Shown in pieces: positions 52,701 to 63,410 of a stretch of DNA of 64,000 bases (positions within the stretch are counted from its first letter, which is position 1; each line of letters opens with the position of its first letter). The DNA comes from Phoronis australis (taxonomy: Eukaryota; Animalia; Phoronida). The translations under genes and the position numbers were made by a program. Below the pieces are notes generated by a model. It saw only the letters and a list, made by a program, of their open reading frames with translations. It made no database searches and was not told where the DNA came from. The stretch covers positions 752,360 to 816,359 of the forward strand of contig NMRA01000064.1 of NCBI GenBank assembly GCA_002633005.1. The letters are read 5' to 3'.

Positions 52701-53375
52701 ATTCGTACTGCTACATGTGTGAGGGCAACCCGTGTGTGACTGTTCGGAAAGATTGTCATACCTGTAATAACACTCAAGACGAGGCTCAGTGCAACACTCA
52801 TTATCTGTCTGGTTCAGGTAATAAGAAGTTACATATTCAACATTTTCGATTTGAATTGGAGATTTTTCCGCTATCTTGAAAAAAGAACTTCCACTATTTC
52901 ATTCTTTTGCTCATTTGAAAGGGCGTGGAAGGAACCTTTTACTTAATAAAACATTCTCTCGAAAAATTTTATGTTATCCATAGAATCAGTGGTCTAATTA
53001 CAAGGATTGGCTGCCATATCATAGGCTTTGCGTTACGACGATATTCTTGGAAAACTGACACACGCGGCAGGATTTTATGTATTCAACAAGGGTACTAAAT
53101 AGAATTCATGCAATATTTGCCATATAAAGCTTTTCGAAACCCATCTTCTATGGGAGTAGTTTTTTAATCTATATGTTTAGCACTGCGCCGCAAGGTTAAA
53201 AATGGCTAACTTCAAAGTAAGATGAAATGAGAATGATGCGTATTCTGGATACTTGTTGTCTGCGTTCGAGAGCCTGATCCTCTAAAACTGTACTTTTGTT
53301 TCAGGAATGGTAACGCTGTCCTGTGCCATATCATTGCTGGGTCTCATAGGTGTACAGTTAGTATTAGTATTCTGA
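28611..53375 (+). CDS. Whole gene: expansin-like (DPBB+CBM63) / tandem GH18 chitinase fusion with Cys-rich modules and GPI-type tail, ~1192 aa, 25 coding exons once gap-associated duplicates are collapsed
   Basis: All introns GT-AG with matching phases from ATG 28611 to TGA 53375; exon lengths sum to 3579 nt. Confidence 0.8.
29116..29265 (+). CDS. Exon 2: expansin DPBB domain start
   Basis: GTYYG..GGTC..VAI..CGMCAK; atcag/gtaag, 150 nt. Confidence 0.9.
30395..30488 (+). CDS. Exon 3: expansin DPBB domain
   Basis: [22 protein letters not shown]; ttcag/gtgag. Confidence 0.9.
30933..31074 (+). CDS. Exon 4: DPBB end / CBM63 start
   Basis: [43 protein letters not shown]; tttag/gtaac; not in the ORF track. 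Confidence 0.9.
31936..32077. mobile_element. Intronic MITE, CAG..CTG termini
   Basis: CAGCCGCAGAACCA / TGGATCTGCGCCTG; flanks TCATG/TTATG. Confidence 0.6.
32140..32324 (+). CDS. Exon 5: CBM63 (expansin domain 2)
   Basis: [32 protein letters not shown]; ttcag/gtgagt. Confidence 0.9.
32502..32873. repeat. Intronic minisatellite, 48-bp unit, ~8 copies
   Basis: AACACATGATTATGAAGACGGTGTATTAGGRTGTGCTCCTCACTGGTA repeated. Confidence 0.95.
33410..33466 (+). CDS. Exon 6: CBM63 C-terminus (57 nt)
   Basis: [19 protein letters not shown]; VQF is the usual expansin C-terminal strand; phase 1-1. Confidence 0.8.
33653..33709 (+). CDS. Exon 7: S/T/P linker (57 nt)
   Basis: [19 protein letters not shown]; ttcag/gtcagt; phase 1-1. 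Confidence 0.75.
34488..34544 (+). CDS. Exon 8: S/T/P linker (57 nt)
   Basis: [19 protein letters not shown]; tttag/gtagga; phase 1-1. Confidence 0.75.
34770..34936. mobile_element. Intronic palindromic MITE
   Basis: GGACCGTTTCAAGAAAAAGATCTTAAGTT / AACTTAAATCATTTTCTTGGAACGGGCC. Confidence 0.65.
37552..37716 (+). CDS. GH18 domain 1 exon A
   Basis: [29 protein letters not shown]; phase-1 acceptor, no own ATG or signal peptide. Confidence 0.95.
38079..38338 (+). CDS. GH18 domain 1 exon B (catalytic motif)
   Basis: LLAVGGW; [11 protein letters not shown] = intact DxxDxDxE. Confidence 0.95.
38477..38601 (+). CDS. GH18 domain 1 exon C
   Basis: [30 protein letters not shown]. Confidence 0.95.
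39366..39489 (+). CDS. GH18 domain 1 exon D
   Basis: [17 protein letters not shown]. Confidence 0.95.
40072..40251 (+). CDS. GH18 domain 1 exon E
   Basis: [32 protein letters not shown]. Confidence 0.95.
40846..40956 (+). CDS. GH18 domain 1 exon F
   Basis: [27 protein letters not shown]. Confidence 0.95.
41266..41715. mobile_element. 450-bp foldback MITE with ~200-bp TIRs and perfect 5-bp TSD
   Basis: CAAGGTACCTAAACTACACGG / CCGTGTAGTTTAGGTACCTTG, flanked by TCGCA twice; second copy at 45638-46035. Confidence 0.9.
41791..42031 (+). CDS. GH18 domain 1 exon G + S/T linker
   Basis: [23 protein letters not shown] followed by an S/T/P-rich stretch; phase-1 donor. Confidence 0.95.
42285..42446 (+). 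CDS. GH18 domain 2 exon A
   Basis: [30 protein letters not shown]. Confidence 0.9.
42842..43101 (+). CDS. GH18 domain 2 exon B (catalytic motif)
   Basis: LLAVGGW; [11 protein letters not shown] intact. Confidence 0.95.
43764..43888 (+). CDS. GH18 domain 2 exon C
   Basis: [30 protein letters not shown]. Confidence 0.95.
43984..44107 (+). CDS. GH18 domain 2 exon D
   Basis: [22 protein letters not shown]. Confidence 0.95.
44396..44466 (-). mobile_element. tRNA-derived SINE head / tRNA-like remnant in intron (duplicate ~48725-48795)
   Basis: A-box-like GTGGTTCAGTGG and B-box-like GGTACGAGTCCC at tRNA spacing, but no good cloverleaf. Confidence 0.5.
44604..44786 (+). CDS. GH18 domain 2 exon E
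   Basis: [29 protein letters not shown]. Confidence 0.95.
46111..46351 (+). CDS. Duplicate of exon G + linker (second copy or allele)
   Basis: Near-identical to 41791-42031; splice sites intact. Confidence 0.8.
46603..46764 (+). CDS. Duplicate GH18 domain 2 exon A
   Basis: Near-identical to 42285-42446. Confidence 0.8.
47163..47422 (+). CDS. Duplicate GH18 domain 2 exon B
   Basis: Near-identical to 42842-43101; DGLDYDWE intact. Confidence 0.8.
48092..48216 (+). CDS. Duplicate GH18 domain 2 exon C
   Basis: Near-identical to 43764-43888. Confidence 0.8.
48316..48439 (+). CDS. Duplicate GH18 domain 2 exon D
   Basis: Near-identical to 43984-44107. Confidence 0.8.
48941..49123 (+). CDS. Duplicate GH18 domain 2 exon E
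   Basis: Near-identical to 44604-44786 (GTYGR vs GNYGR). Confidence 0.8.
50455..50565 (+). CDS. GH18 domain 2 exon F
   Basis: [34 protein letters not shown]; 111 nt, same as domain 1 exon F. Confidence 0.95.
50923..51174 (+). CDS. GH18 domain 2 exon G + Gly/Cys/Thr linker
   Basis: [38 protein letters not shown]..; gtgagt donor, phase 0. Confidence 0.9.
51406..51517 (+). CDS. Cys-rich module 1 exon
   Basis: [37 protein letters not shown]; tgtag/gtacac; phase 0 to 1. Confidence 0.8.
51771..52142. mobile_element. Intronic MITE with ~45-bp imperfect TIRs
   Basis: GGGCCCAGAATCTAATCTTTGTACTCAAAACGAACTCGAAATTAT / ATAATTTCGAGTTCCATTTCGAGTAAAAGATAAGATTCCGGACCC. Confidence 0.7.
52701..52817 (+). 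CDS. Cys-rich module 2 exon
   Basis: [39 protein letters not shown]; tccag/gtaata; phase 1-1; homologous to module 1. Confidence 0.85.
53305..53375 (+). CDS. Last exon: hydrophobic C-terminal (GPI-signal-like) tail
   Basis: ttcag acceptor, phase 1; [23 protein letters not shown]-stop. Confidence 0.75.
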
Positions 53376-53857
53376 TTGCGGCCATATTGCTGATTACGTG
53401 TCATGATGGGACAAGGAGAAACAATTGTTTTTGGTGTCGAAGGAGAGAAAGCCAACATCCCTTATACTTGCACGGGCGGCTACAAGATGAGAGAACCTCT
53501 TTCTTTTGAAAACAGTTTTATATCTTGTATATGTGTATTTGTTTTATATATTGTATATGTGTATTTATAAGTATTTATTGATATGTACCAAACATTTTCC
53601 TGTACGATTTTACTATTTTTTGTATATCCTATTGTTATTTTGATAAAGAACATTGAGAACTATTGCAGTTGTTGGAAGATTCCTTTTTAGTAAGACTAAA
53701 GATTTTGTACGTTTTTCTTCTGAACTATAAGCATGACGCACAGCGGGTTATTGCTGTTGGCCTGTACACATGTTGGCTAGGACATTTTATTCTTCTAATA
53801 CCCAAAAGTAAACTTTTCCTGATACTGGGGTGCGTTGATATGCATGAGATGTTTTAA

Positions 53858-53863
53858 AATAAA
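53858..53863 (+). terminator. Candidate polyadenylation signal of the fusion gene
   Basis: AATAAA ~480 nt after the stop, following a U-rich 3'UTR-like stretch. Confidence 0.4.
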
Positions 53864-55072
53864 CGCGCTGTCTCTCATAAAATCTTACCAAGAATCGTAT
53901 TTCGTAACGTTTCTAAATCGTACGTATGACAAAAACTTCATTTTCTTACTTTGTCCACAGTTTGTGGTATAAATAGCGCTAAGCCAATCTGTTAACCCAG
54001 AAATAACCCACAAACTGCATTCATCATACACATTTTAGTATGTAAGTAGTAGTATACCTGTGCACACGGATGTATTTTCGAGATGACGCGTAAAGCGGCA
54101 TTTTTGCGGTGCGTGAAGGTTAAGTATACGCCATGAAGACGGGCTCCCTCTGTTGATACTAGACTAAGTAACCACGGTCACAGTTCTTCTCGTTGACTGT
54201 CTGCATCCGTACATAGAGGTCACCAGAAAACGTCTCTTTGTGGCGTGAACTGGAGTTTGAGATCCTAACGTAGGGAACGCTTCCGTTCATTTTGTTGAAA
54301 TTTAGGGAATTAAGCTCCTTCTAAAACAAACGGCGTAACTTCAGAATTGATCCAATTAACCTGTCTATTCTTTAAGGTACTCTAGATATGTATCTAAGAC
54401 ATCTAAACCTTTTACTATACACAATTTTGGATATATTGGTAAAGGAGGGGGTCGATACGTTGCACCTTTAAACAAAAGGCAATTGCAGACGGAGAGATAC
54501 GAGTTGGGCTGACAATTCTGTCATGGCAATGAAAATATGACAATATTTGAATGAATAAGTCGATTAAAGTCCATTCAGTTGTTCTCCGTCGCTACGACGT
54601 GTGCACTTTCATTACAACTCATCTATCGCTCACTTGGGACAGACAGCTCACTCGTCGATGTGCTATCATTAGCCATAACAGCAATGCTTTTTTGGCATTT
54701 TTCGAACTAAACGACGAAAAAATCGAAGAAAATAACAGAATAAACTCTGCTACCGTATTGGGCAAATGGCCAAACGACAAGCTATTGCCCCACTTCCCGT
54801 GACGTCACAGTTGAGTCTCACATAATCTCGCGTTATTGTTATACACTCGCAGAAGGACTATTCAACAGCACGATACTGTTATATTTATTGAGAAGTACCT
54901 TTGTGGCCTGCGGTTACTGCATCCCTAGCAGTAGACTGTTGGTCGGTGCCTTCCACCCCAGTTCTTGCATTTTGACGCACTCAAAATTACAAGGTGTCAA
55001 ACTGATCATCAAAACATCCATTCAGCTCAATCCCGTACCATGTACAAACGATGCTGGAGTAAAAGACAACGA

Positions 55073-55154
55073 TGGCAGCGGTGGGATTCGAACCCACGCC
55101 TCCGTGGAGACTGGTGCCTAAAACCAGCGCCTTAGACCGCTCGGCCACGCTACC
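55073..55154 (-). tRNA. tRNA-Leu(UAG)
   Basis: 82 nt GGTAGCGTGGCCGAGCGGTCTAAGGC..CTGGT-TTTAGGC-ACCAG..GGTTCGAATCCCACCGCTGCCA; long variable arm; TTTT downstream. Confidence 0.97.
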
Positions 55155-58100
55155 TGCTACACTTGTTTCGAGATAACATTGGTCATTGTTCATAGTAACA
55201 GTAGTCTAATGAAGGCCAGTACTGCTAGTATAGTGTTAGCGTTTCCTAATTAAAATTATGACTGGTAAATATTTCTTCATGCAGTTTGAATTCCTTTCTA
55301 TTTTTTCGTAAGCCATAGATGCTTCCACTGCAAAACACCACAGTGACGTCTCATAGCTTTCACTTTATTTAAATATGAATGCAATTATAATACGTTTCAT
55401 GAGAAAAGCTCGCCTGGTCTCCAGCTACATGAGTAAAGCCCTCATCCTCAGGTTTTGTTTATAACCTAGAAAGTATCAACTTACCAACCCCCTGTTGTCA
55501 CTAGTAGTAGAAATAGTAAACATTGGAACTTGACACCCAGCCGCAAGCCGTTAGCTGCCAGGCCTATAATTCTGTGCACTAGATAAATTATTTTTATGAA
55601 CTATTTGAAGACTCTTCGTTAGAAAAAACGAGAACAGCACAAAAAACAGGGTATTGCATAACATCGAATTTTTTTTCTACACCCAAAACTTATGATTTTA
55701 CAAAATGACCAGTGGATATGAAGGCGGTGTATGAATACAAAAGTTGTAGAGATTGTCAGTAAATATCCTAGTGTTTTATTTCAAACATTTTAAAATTACT
55801 TTCGTTCGTACACTATTTAGAACTTGATTTTAATTTCGTAACAGTGGATATAATATTTTGACAGGTATATAATATACTACGAACTATTTTACTTGAGTAA
55901 TGATACTGTATTTGCATGGGTAAGTTGGTTTAGTTTGGTCACTTAGTGGCATTCATGTAAATGAATAATATTGAGCAGGACAAGAAACAAAACAATGGCA
56001 GAATTTCCTAAAGTTGGTGGCAGTTGCTAAGCTGTCCACGAATGTGGACATTNTGAATAATAGTGAGTAGGACAAGAAACAAAACAATGGCAGAATTTCC
56101 TAAAGTTGGTGGCAGTTGCTAAGCTGTCCATGAATGTGGACATTGGACCAACGGAATTATTGTATGAATTCCAAATGGTGACTTAATCGTCGGATGATTC
56201 CCGGTTGGCCCGGTCAAAACAGTGGAAGCCGAAACACGAAACGATTGCTACCAAACCAACAAAAGTGAGCGAGGTAAGATAATATACTTTTGCTGTTTTC
56301 AAATATTATGCATAAAACTTTAGTTGATAAAATCTAGTTTTCAATGCCTTTTATATTCTTCAGCTGAGCTCAAGAAACGTAAAAATTAGTTTTCTACAAA
56401 AATACTTTTGAAAAATCTCCTTTTTGGGGAAACATCGGATTTTAGGGTTAGAGTGCCGTAGAAATTCAGAAGGCTGGTTATTTTTTCCACGAAGTCGCAC
56501 TCTTTTAATGGTATTAAATGAGATACTTTTTGTTTGTTAGTCGTCTTCAGGACATTATTAATGACAATTTACACAGAGAATGTTTGAGACATTATTAACC
56601 CAAATAAGCCAATCCGGTTTTTGTTTATTCATTATTTATAGCTTTTATTTGAATGTGTAANATTTACACAGAGAATGCGTGAGACATTATTAACCCAAAT
56701 AAGCCAATCCGGTTTTTGTTTATTCATTATTTATAGCTGTTATTTGAATGTGTAAGCTAAATACTTGTTCATTGAACTCAATAAAAGTAAAATAATACTT
56801 GTTATGAAGAATAAGGATAAAAAACACCCCCTCAACAGGCTTCCTGTACATTTCAAGTAATTCAAGTTGAGAAAAACATTATATGCATCCCAAAATATGA
56901 CTCAAGCTATGCAAGGTGACCTGACAGCTTAGGAATTCACTAGTGTCACAATTTTATAAATTGTTCTTTTTTCATGGTTGAATGTGAGGTCTGTCATTTG
57001 GTAACTATAAAAGTGTGGATCTCAAAAATGATAACAAAATTCACTTATTTGCAACTTTTTAGTGGTTTTCTTGCTCCCAGAATTTGTTTTGGTTATATGT
57101 TCAGGCATACTTCCCCCATGTACTTGTTTAACAATATTGAAGTAAACAAGTCAGTTACACAGTGGTCATTCACATACCAAGGGTCATGATCCATATGGCT
57201 GTAACTGTGTATTGCATGCTTCAACATCATAGTTCCTGGAATTCCATGTACAGTAGTCTGTACCCTGCATGTCTTTGTTTATTTTATTTGACCTGCATCC
57301 ACTTCAAACATGCACTGAGACTGTTTCTTACATGACAGTGGAGACATAACGAGGAGAAATAGATCGGAGACTTCAGTCACAAGACAGCACCAAAATACCC
57401 CCAAAATATTGAAATTACTGCTATGTACTACCAGTACCCAATGCTCTTCAATTAACTATTAGTAACATATACACATGCAATCACTAATTGGTTATTCATT
57501 TTATGTTATGTCAGCGCCTGTTTCATTAGATTTTGGCACCCAGGATACTTTATACCTTCTTGGTATTAAACGGATTAAAGACAAGAAAGAGTTTCAAATA
57601 TGCCAGAAATGGGCGCGCCCAGCTTAAAATATGGTGGGCTCTAATTTTTGGTGTGCGGACCTTTTACTGAAAAAAATCAACGAAGACTAAGAAAATAACG
57701 TGGCCAATAGGTTCATACCTACGGACGGTGCATCCGCGCCGAATTCCTGTGGGATTTGTGGATTTTTGTCTCGTTTACTCGGATTTTTGTTTCGCTGAGG
57801 CGGACCTGTTTGCCCAATTTGTCAAACTGGGGAGCTCGTTTGAGCCCCCCGAGCCAACTCCCCCCCTGGGTGCATTCATGCCAAGCAGTGAACAATAATT
57901 TGCCTACATGAAAAAAAATTCTATCTGAGGCAGAATGCTGACGTCACACACAGAAGGGGATCAGACGTACTCGTTAAAATGTTGGTTCTATAATCGTAAA
58001 AAGTAACCCAAATTGAGGTACACGCGATGATAATAAGAAAACGTGGCAAAATCCGAGAGAATTTACCATCTCTCACTAAGTCTAGATCAAATATAAAATC

Positions 58101-59607
58101 ATACTTGTGTTCGATCCTGGTGCGACTATTACAGCAAGTTAAAGTATATACCCTTACCATGGACTTAAATTAAAATGGCAATCCCGGGCAGTCTGCAAAA
58201 CTTGAACTCTGATATTTTTAAAGAACTTTCTATCAATGAAAAAATATAAAACAGTTTTGTTGTGGTAAAAAGCTCATTTAGTCCGTAAAATTTAAACGAA
58301 CTAAACAGAAAGGAAAGATCAAAATTTAAAAAAAAACAACGCTTTACCAATGTTTGCATATATCTGAGATTAAAAAAAACTGTTTAATAAGCTTTAAAAT
58401 CTTACTGTTGAAGAAAAAGAATACCCTACTCTATATGAAACGTGAATCACTCAGATTATCCACTCATAAAAATAAGCCCCTTAAGACAGAGCCAGAATAT
58501 TCTCATTAACATCTAACTTGCGCAGTACAACCGTGTAATGTTGTTATAACTTTTAATTTGTTTGAGTTTGTTTTGGTCCGTTGATCTTAATGTCATCACT
58601 CTAAAATCCCTCGGCCATATGTTGCTGCCAGGGATAACGTTTTTTCAAATTAGCGTTGTTGTTACTAAGTTGTTTCTTTATTGAATGCTGTCATGAAATC
58701 CATGTTCATTTTCAAATTACTTTTAAGGTAGCACATAGCATAGTACTATTTAGCTAACAGATTTCAGACCGTAATTGTCTTTGTTAACTTGTTTTATTTT
58801 ATAGGAGCAAGTCCCTTCCAGTATTCACACCATGTTTTGTTTATATCTGTAGTAAACAGTGACCTTCGGTTCATTCATAAAGCATTGCAAGAGACAAGAT
58901 GATCACATGTGGCAGAAAAAGTGGTAGCTGCTTTCTGTATGACTTCGCAGGAGTGATATCGGTTAAAATTCAACAGAATGAAAAAATAATGAGCGTTACC
59001 TAAACAGGAACATTGGAGCTTACAATCACCAGCTGTGGGGACCCAAATCAGACTTAAAGTAAAATACGCAGAATTTGACTGCTCGAAGGCAAACACATTT
59101 CCTTTATATGTGAGATACTATGGACATTTTGTTTTATAATATCGTTGTCAACTTCGTGTGGTTGAAAATATTCCTATACAGGTAACTGCTAAAAATTTCA
59201 GTGAATGAATGTGTTTGTGTAGTAAACCAAGTGAAAAATTATAATTCCGATATTCATGTGGCCTGCTGAACATCCATTGATTGTCCTAAAACTGATATCT
59301 GTGTATACACCAGTTTATAAGTGTTTGAGTATGTGGTTCCTACTCTAAATCACCTTGTTATGTTCGTTTCTGCACCACTATACTTCTGTCATCAGTGAAT
59401 GAATGATTATTGTTCTTCTGGATCTATGTTGTTTTAATTATTCTCAGCAGGTCTGCTGGATGTTAAAGTTTAACAATGTGTTCAGTTCAAGCAACTTTGA
59501 TTCTGTTGTCTCTCATTAGATGTTTGTCAGTTTTTCTTGAATAAACAGGTTGTGATGAAGAAAAATATTTGTTTTTATTATTTTACATAAGCTTAGTTGG
59601 TACTGAG

Positions 59608-59814
59608 CAGTGGCGGATCTACGTTTTTAGTAAGGGGGGCGGCAGGGTAGGATTTGCGCAAAGTTGAGGCGCCCCCACCCGTGTAAGATTTTTTTGTTTT
59701 TTAATATCTGATTTCGTTTTCCTGGCAACTTGTTTTTTTATTTTTTTTATTTTTAATCGTGTCCCTGGGGGAGGGTTGAATCCCATGAACCCCCTCCCCG
59801 TAGATCCGCCTCTG
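59608..59814. mobile_element. MITE, CAGTGGCGGATCTAC..GTAGATCCGCCTCTG
   Basis: Clear 16-bp TIRs with the same terminal motif as the 9643 element. Confidence 0.75.
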
Positions 59815-62113
59815 CAGTAGAACTACAAGTGGTACTTGAATTCATTGTTATCTCTTGGACCTTACTGGGTTCTGGTTTTATCTGTAGGTTTTGAAGTTTC
59901 TTCGTTTACGTAGGACAATGCTTTGATTAACATCTGCATAAAAATACTGAGATTCTAAGTGTATTGTTAAAATAGGTATTTCGGGTCTTCAGTTGTCTCA
60001 CTGGTTCAGCTATATAATTTCTAGCTGCTGTTCACGTTACCACAGAAAGCTTGCCTGCTATAAACTGTGTGTCAGTTTTAGCCATATCCCTCAAATTGTT
60101 TATTCAATGCAACTCTTGGAAAGTAGTTCTATCCAGTCAGTTGTGGTTTTCAGTATGGGTCTGATGTGTGTGTCAACAATTAGCCTGGTGTTTATTGTAG
60201 TTAGATATTGTTTATGATAAGGGCCTGAAAATTCTGAGACCAGGCGAACTTTCGTAATGTATCAAGCATTTTAATTAAATGGGTTCATCTAAACTTGAAC
60301 TAACCTGCAGCCAAATCCATGCATTGATGATCACCATTCACTCGCTTTGCTTTTTAAAAACAAAACTGATTTCTTATCGTGCCACCTCGCGAAAATTTAT
60401 TTGTTTACTCTTGGTAGATATCCAGAGCAGAGGTTAAGCCGATGAATCCTCAACGGTTTTAAGACATAGTGGTCGCAGTGAGGGCCACAGACAGGAGGCC
60501 ACTTGGTCAAATCAGTTAAAAAGACAGAAATATACTGCCGAGCTAGTAGTTTCGAATCTGCGCTACTATTAAATTCTGTAAAACTATTTTTCTCACCGAG
60601 AGGGTCATTTCAAACCATCGCCATAGACCGATCGGCCACACTACCTCATCGCGTATCAACACTTGTTTTCGGAAAAATGAGATCTAAGGCCACAGCTCAG
60701 ACCTTTGTAGCTCTACCAAAATGAAGAAAATGGGATGGGTCAGGTTTGACGGCAGTTTTGTGAACTAAATAGGAAACGATTGCCACCAATGGTATTCAGT
60801 AATTCAATGAAGTTGTTTTGAGTGAATCGAGTTCAGAAATTTGGCCTCTGCTCCTGTTTACTCGGATGCGAAAGTGACGCCATTTTGAGAGCAAATCCTT
60901 GTTCAGTGTTAAATTCTTGGTGCGTATCCAGGTACCCTTCAGACAAGAAGAAATTGTCCAAAATCTGGTTGGTAGTGACATATTTTAATGTGAATTTCTG
61001 CAAACTAGAGTGAAGGAGCATTCGAATTATGAATTTGTTATGTTAGATACAAAGGGTCCAAAATCGTACTTTTTGGTTACTTTTTGGTATCTCAATTTTT
61101 CTGGTGGACATAGCAAAGTAATAAGACACCTGGGCCTTGCTGAATTCCTTCATTTTGAGAAACCTCATAGATTTTACTTTTTGTCATTTCATGCCTTTTT
61201 TAGGTGTCTAATACAAATGTGTAAACAATGGCTTTTATTGACCCAGGCCAATGATAACGTCAAAATCAGCCACTCGAACTGTGGTCTTAACATCTGTTGC
61301 ATCCGTGACAGTGTCGTCATTATCAACATTTCAAAATTTCCATCTGACTAGGTGTTATTTATCATAATGACTGTACAAAGTTTTGATATCTGATAATAAT
61401 GTTACCTCGAAAAATGACACGCAGTGATGTAGGCCGTGGCAAGGACTTCTAAAGTATGCCCTTACTTACCGTTGCGGCGGCCCATACATCCCTTTGGCAA
61501 TGAAAACGTCTTCATCGTAAATAGGCATTCACACAAATAATCCGACAAATTCCTTCTCACGTATATGTTTTATAATGTGCCTGCACTTATTTGCGCAAGG
61601 CATTGAAACATCAAAAACGGCTTTTTAAAGAAATTAGCTATGCGACATCAGGGAAGAGTTTCGTAGTCTCAAGAATCTCGTTAAGGAAGCTGTGATCACG
61701 TTCTCCGTCTTACTGTCTTGGAAAAATACTGTTCGAGAGATGAAACCAACAACGTAAGCGGATATATTTGTAGATTACCATTTACTGTGACCAGCGAGAC
61801 GAATAAACTGTTGATTCGAAAATACATAATATCTGTCGTCCTAAATTTTCCTTATCAGATGTATGACTATGGGGAATTGACCTATTGTCAGGATTTTGAG
61901 TGGCGGCTTAACTGACCAATTAGAACGCAGCATTATTGACACACCTTCCTTTCTAGGCCGCCATTTTACTCGACAAACATCGCTTTGCCGGGTAAAATGT
62001 TATTGTTTGTTACTCGACATAACGCAAGGAGGCGGAGCTTGCGATAGGTGAATTATGCTTGGGCGTCACACAATGTAATCAGCACAGACGATGTACTTAA
62101 TTTAACAAAAGCT

Positions 62114-62195
62114 TGGCAGCGGTGGGATTCGAACCCACGCCTCCGAAGAGACTGGTGCCTTAAACCAGCGCCTTAGCCCGCTCGGCCACGCTACC
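62114..62195 (-). tRNA. tRNA-Leu(AAG)
   Basis: 82 nt; anticodon arm CTGGT-TTAAGGC-ACCAG; intact acceptor and T stems; TTTT immediately downstream. Confidence 0.95.
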
Positions 62196-62499
62196 TTCAT
62201 GTAGATCCCTGTTTTCAGGAAACAAAAAGATACTCCTGGTTACTCCAGGCCCATACAACACGTGTATTGTAACAGGGGAAAGTTTTCTCAATTTCGAGGG
62301 GTGAATTTGTTGTTATTCAACTAAGAAAAGCAAAAGCTCTCAAAGTTGCTTACAGAAAAGTCATTTACTTCTGTACTCTCTTCTTGCTTGTTTAAAAAAG
62401 TTCTGTACAGTAGAAAAGTAAGATTCAATTAATATCGGCACAGAAACAGTTTTTGGATCTTCCAAGGTATTTTAAGCTTTCTTAGGTTTTGTGACAGGC

Positions 62500-63410
62500 G
62501 AGCTGGAGAAAATCCAGTCTTGGTTAAACCTAAATGGACTGGTTTTAAAGGCATTAAAACAAAATTCATGATTTTTCACAACCTCCCAAAATGCTTTGAT
62601 GATTTTCATTTAAAGTTTAATAATTTGGAAATTGAAAGAGTTAGCTCATTCAAATTACTTGGTGTTACCATCAACGACAACCAGTTATGGAATCCACACA
62701 TAAACATTGTGTTGCGAAATATAAGCAGATTCTGTGGTGTTCTTAACAACATCAAACATTTCTTGACCTTTAAAACTTTGAAAACTTCATATAATTGTCT
62801 TGTCCTTCCTCATTTTAATTATGTCATTTTGCTATGGGAGTGTGAACATCATAGAATATTCAAATTACAGAAAAAAGTTATTCGTATTATTACATCTAGT
62901 TTGTTTTAATGCCCATGGACTACATAGATACTCAAAATAAAGGACTTGTATGTTGTTGCTATTGTCAAATTCTTCTACAAATATGTTCATAATTCCCTAC
63001 CTTCATTTTTAACACGTTCAAGTCAATTACCCGTGGGTCTTTTCATGAACATTACACTAGGTAACGATATCTTAATTCTACACACTCCTCGTTGTACTAA
63101 ATCATTTGCAGAAGATCCAGTTCGCAATGTCTTACCTCACATAATTAATTACCTTCCGGTAAGTGTTTCTAAAAATTTACCCATTCGATATCTTCTGTTA
63201 TAAACCATTTTAAAAACTTGAGTGCACTATACAACTGTTTTGTGTGTAACTATTTTCGAAAAGCTGTCCTAGCCTTTTTACATGTACTTTTAAATTTTAT
63301 TATCAGCATAAGCTTTAATATATACTACCGGGTAGCTGTATTTTTTGTCTTAACGTGAATAAAGTGCATTGCTACTACTACTGCAACTACTGTTACTGCT
63401 ACTGCCACTA
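62500..63410 (+). mobile_element. 5'-truncated decayed LINE 3' end (L2/CR1-like) with microsatellite tail
   Basis: KTKFMIF..IERVSSFKLLGVTINDNQLW..YNCLVLPHFNY..LQKKVIRII; AATAAA then a (CTA)n-like tail. Confidence 0.85.

Noticed and set aside
55962-56755. Two ~90-bp tandem duplications (55962-56144, 56567-56755)
   Set aside because: Each is centred on a single N, typical of unmerged contig overlaps
60833-60890. AAAATGGCG start-like / YY1-like motif on the minus strand (also near 61957)
   Set aside because: Followed by a stop within 17 codons and no convincing splice donor
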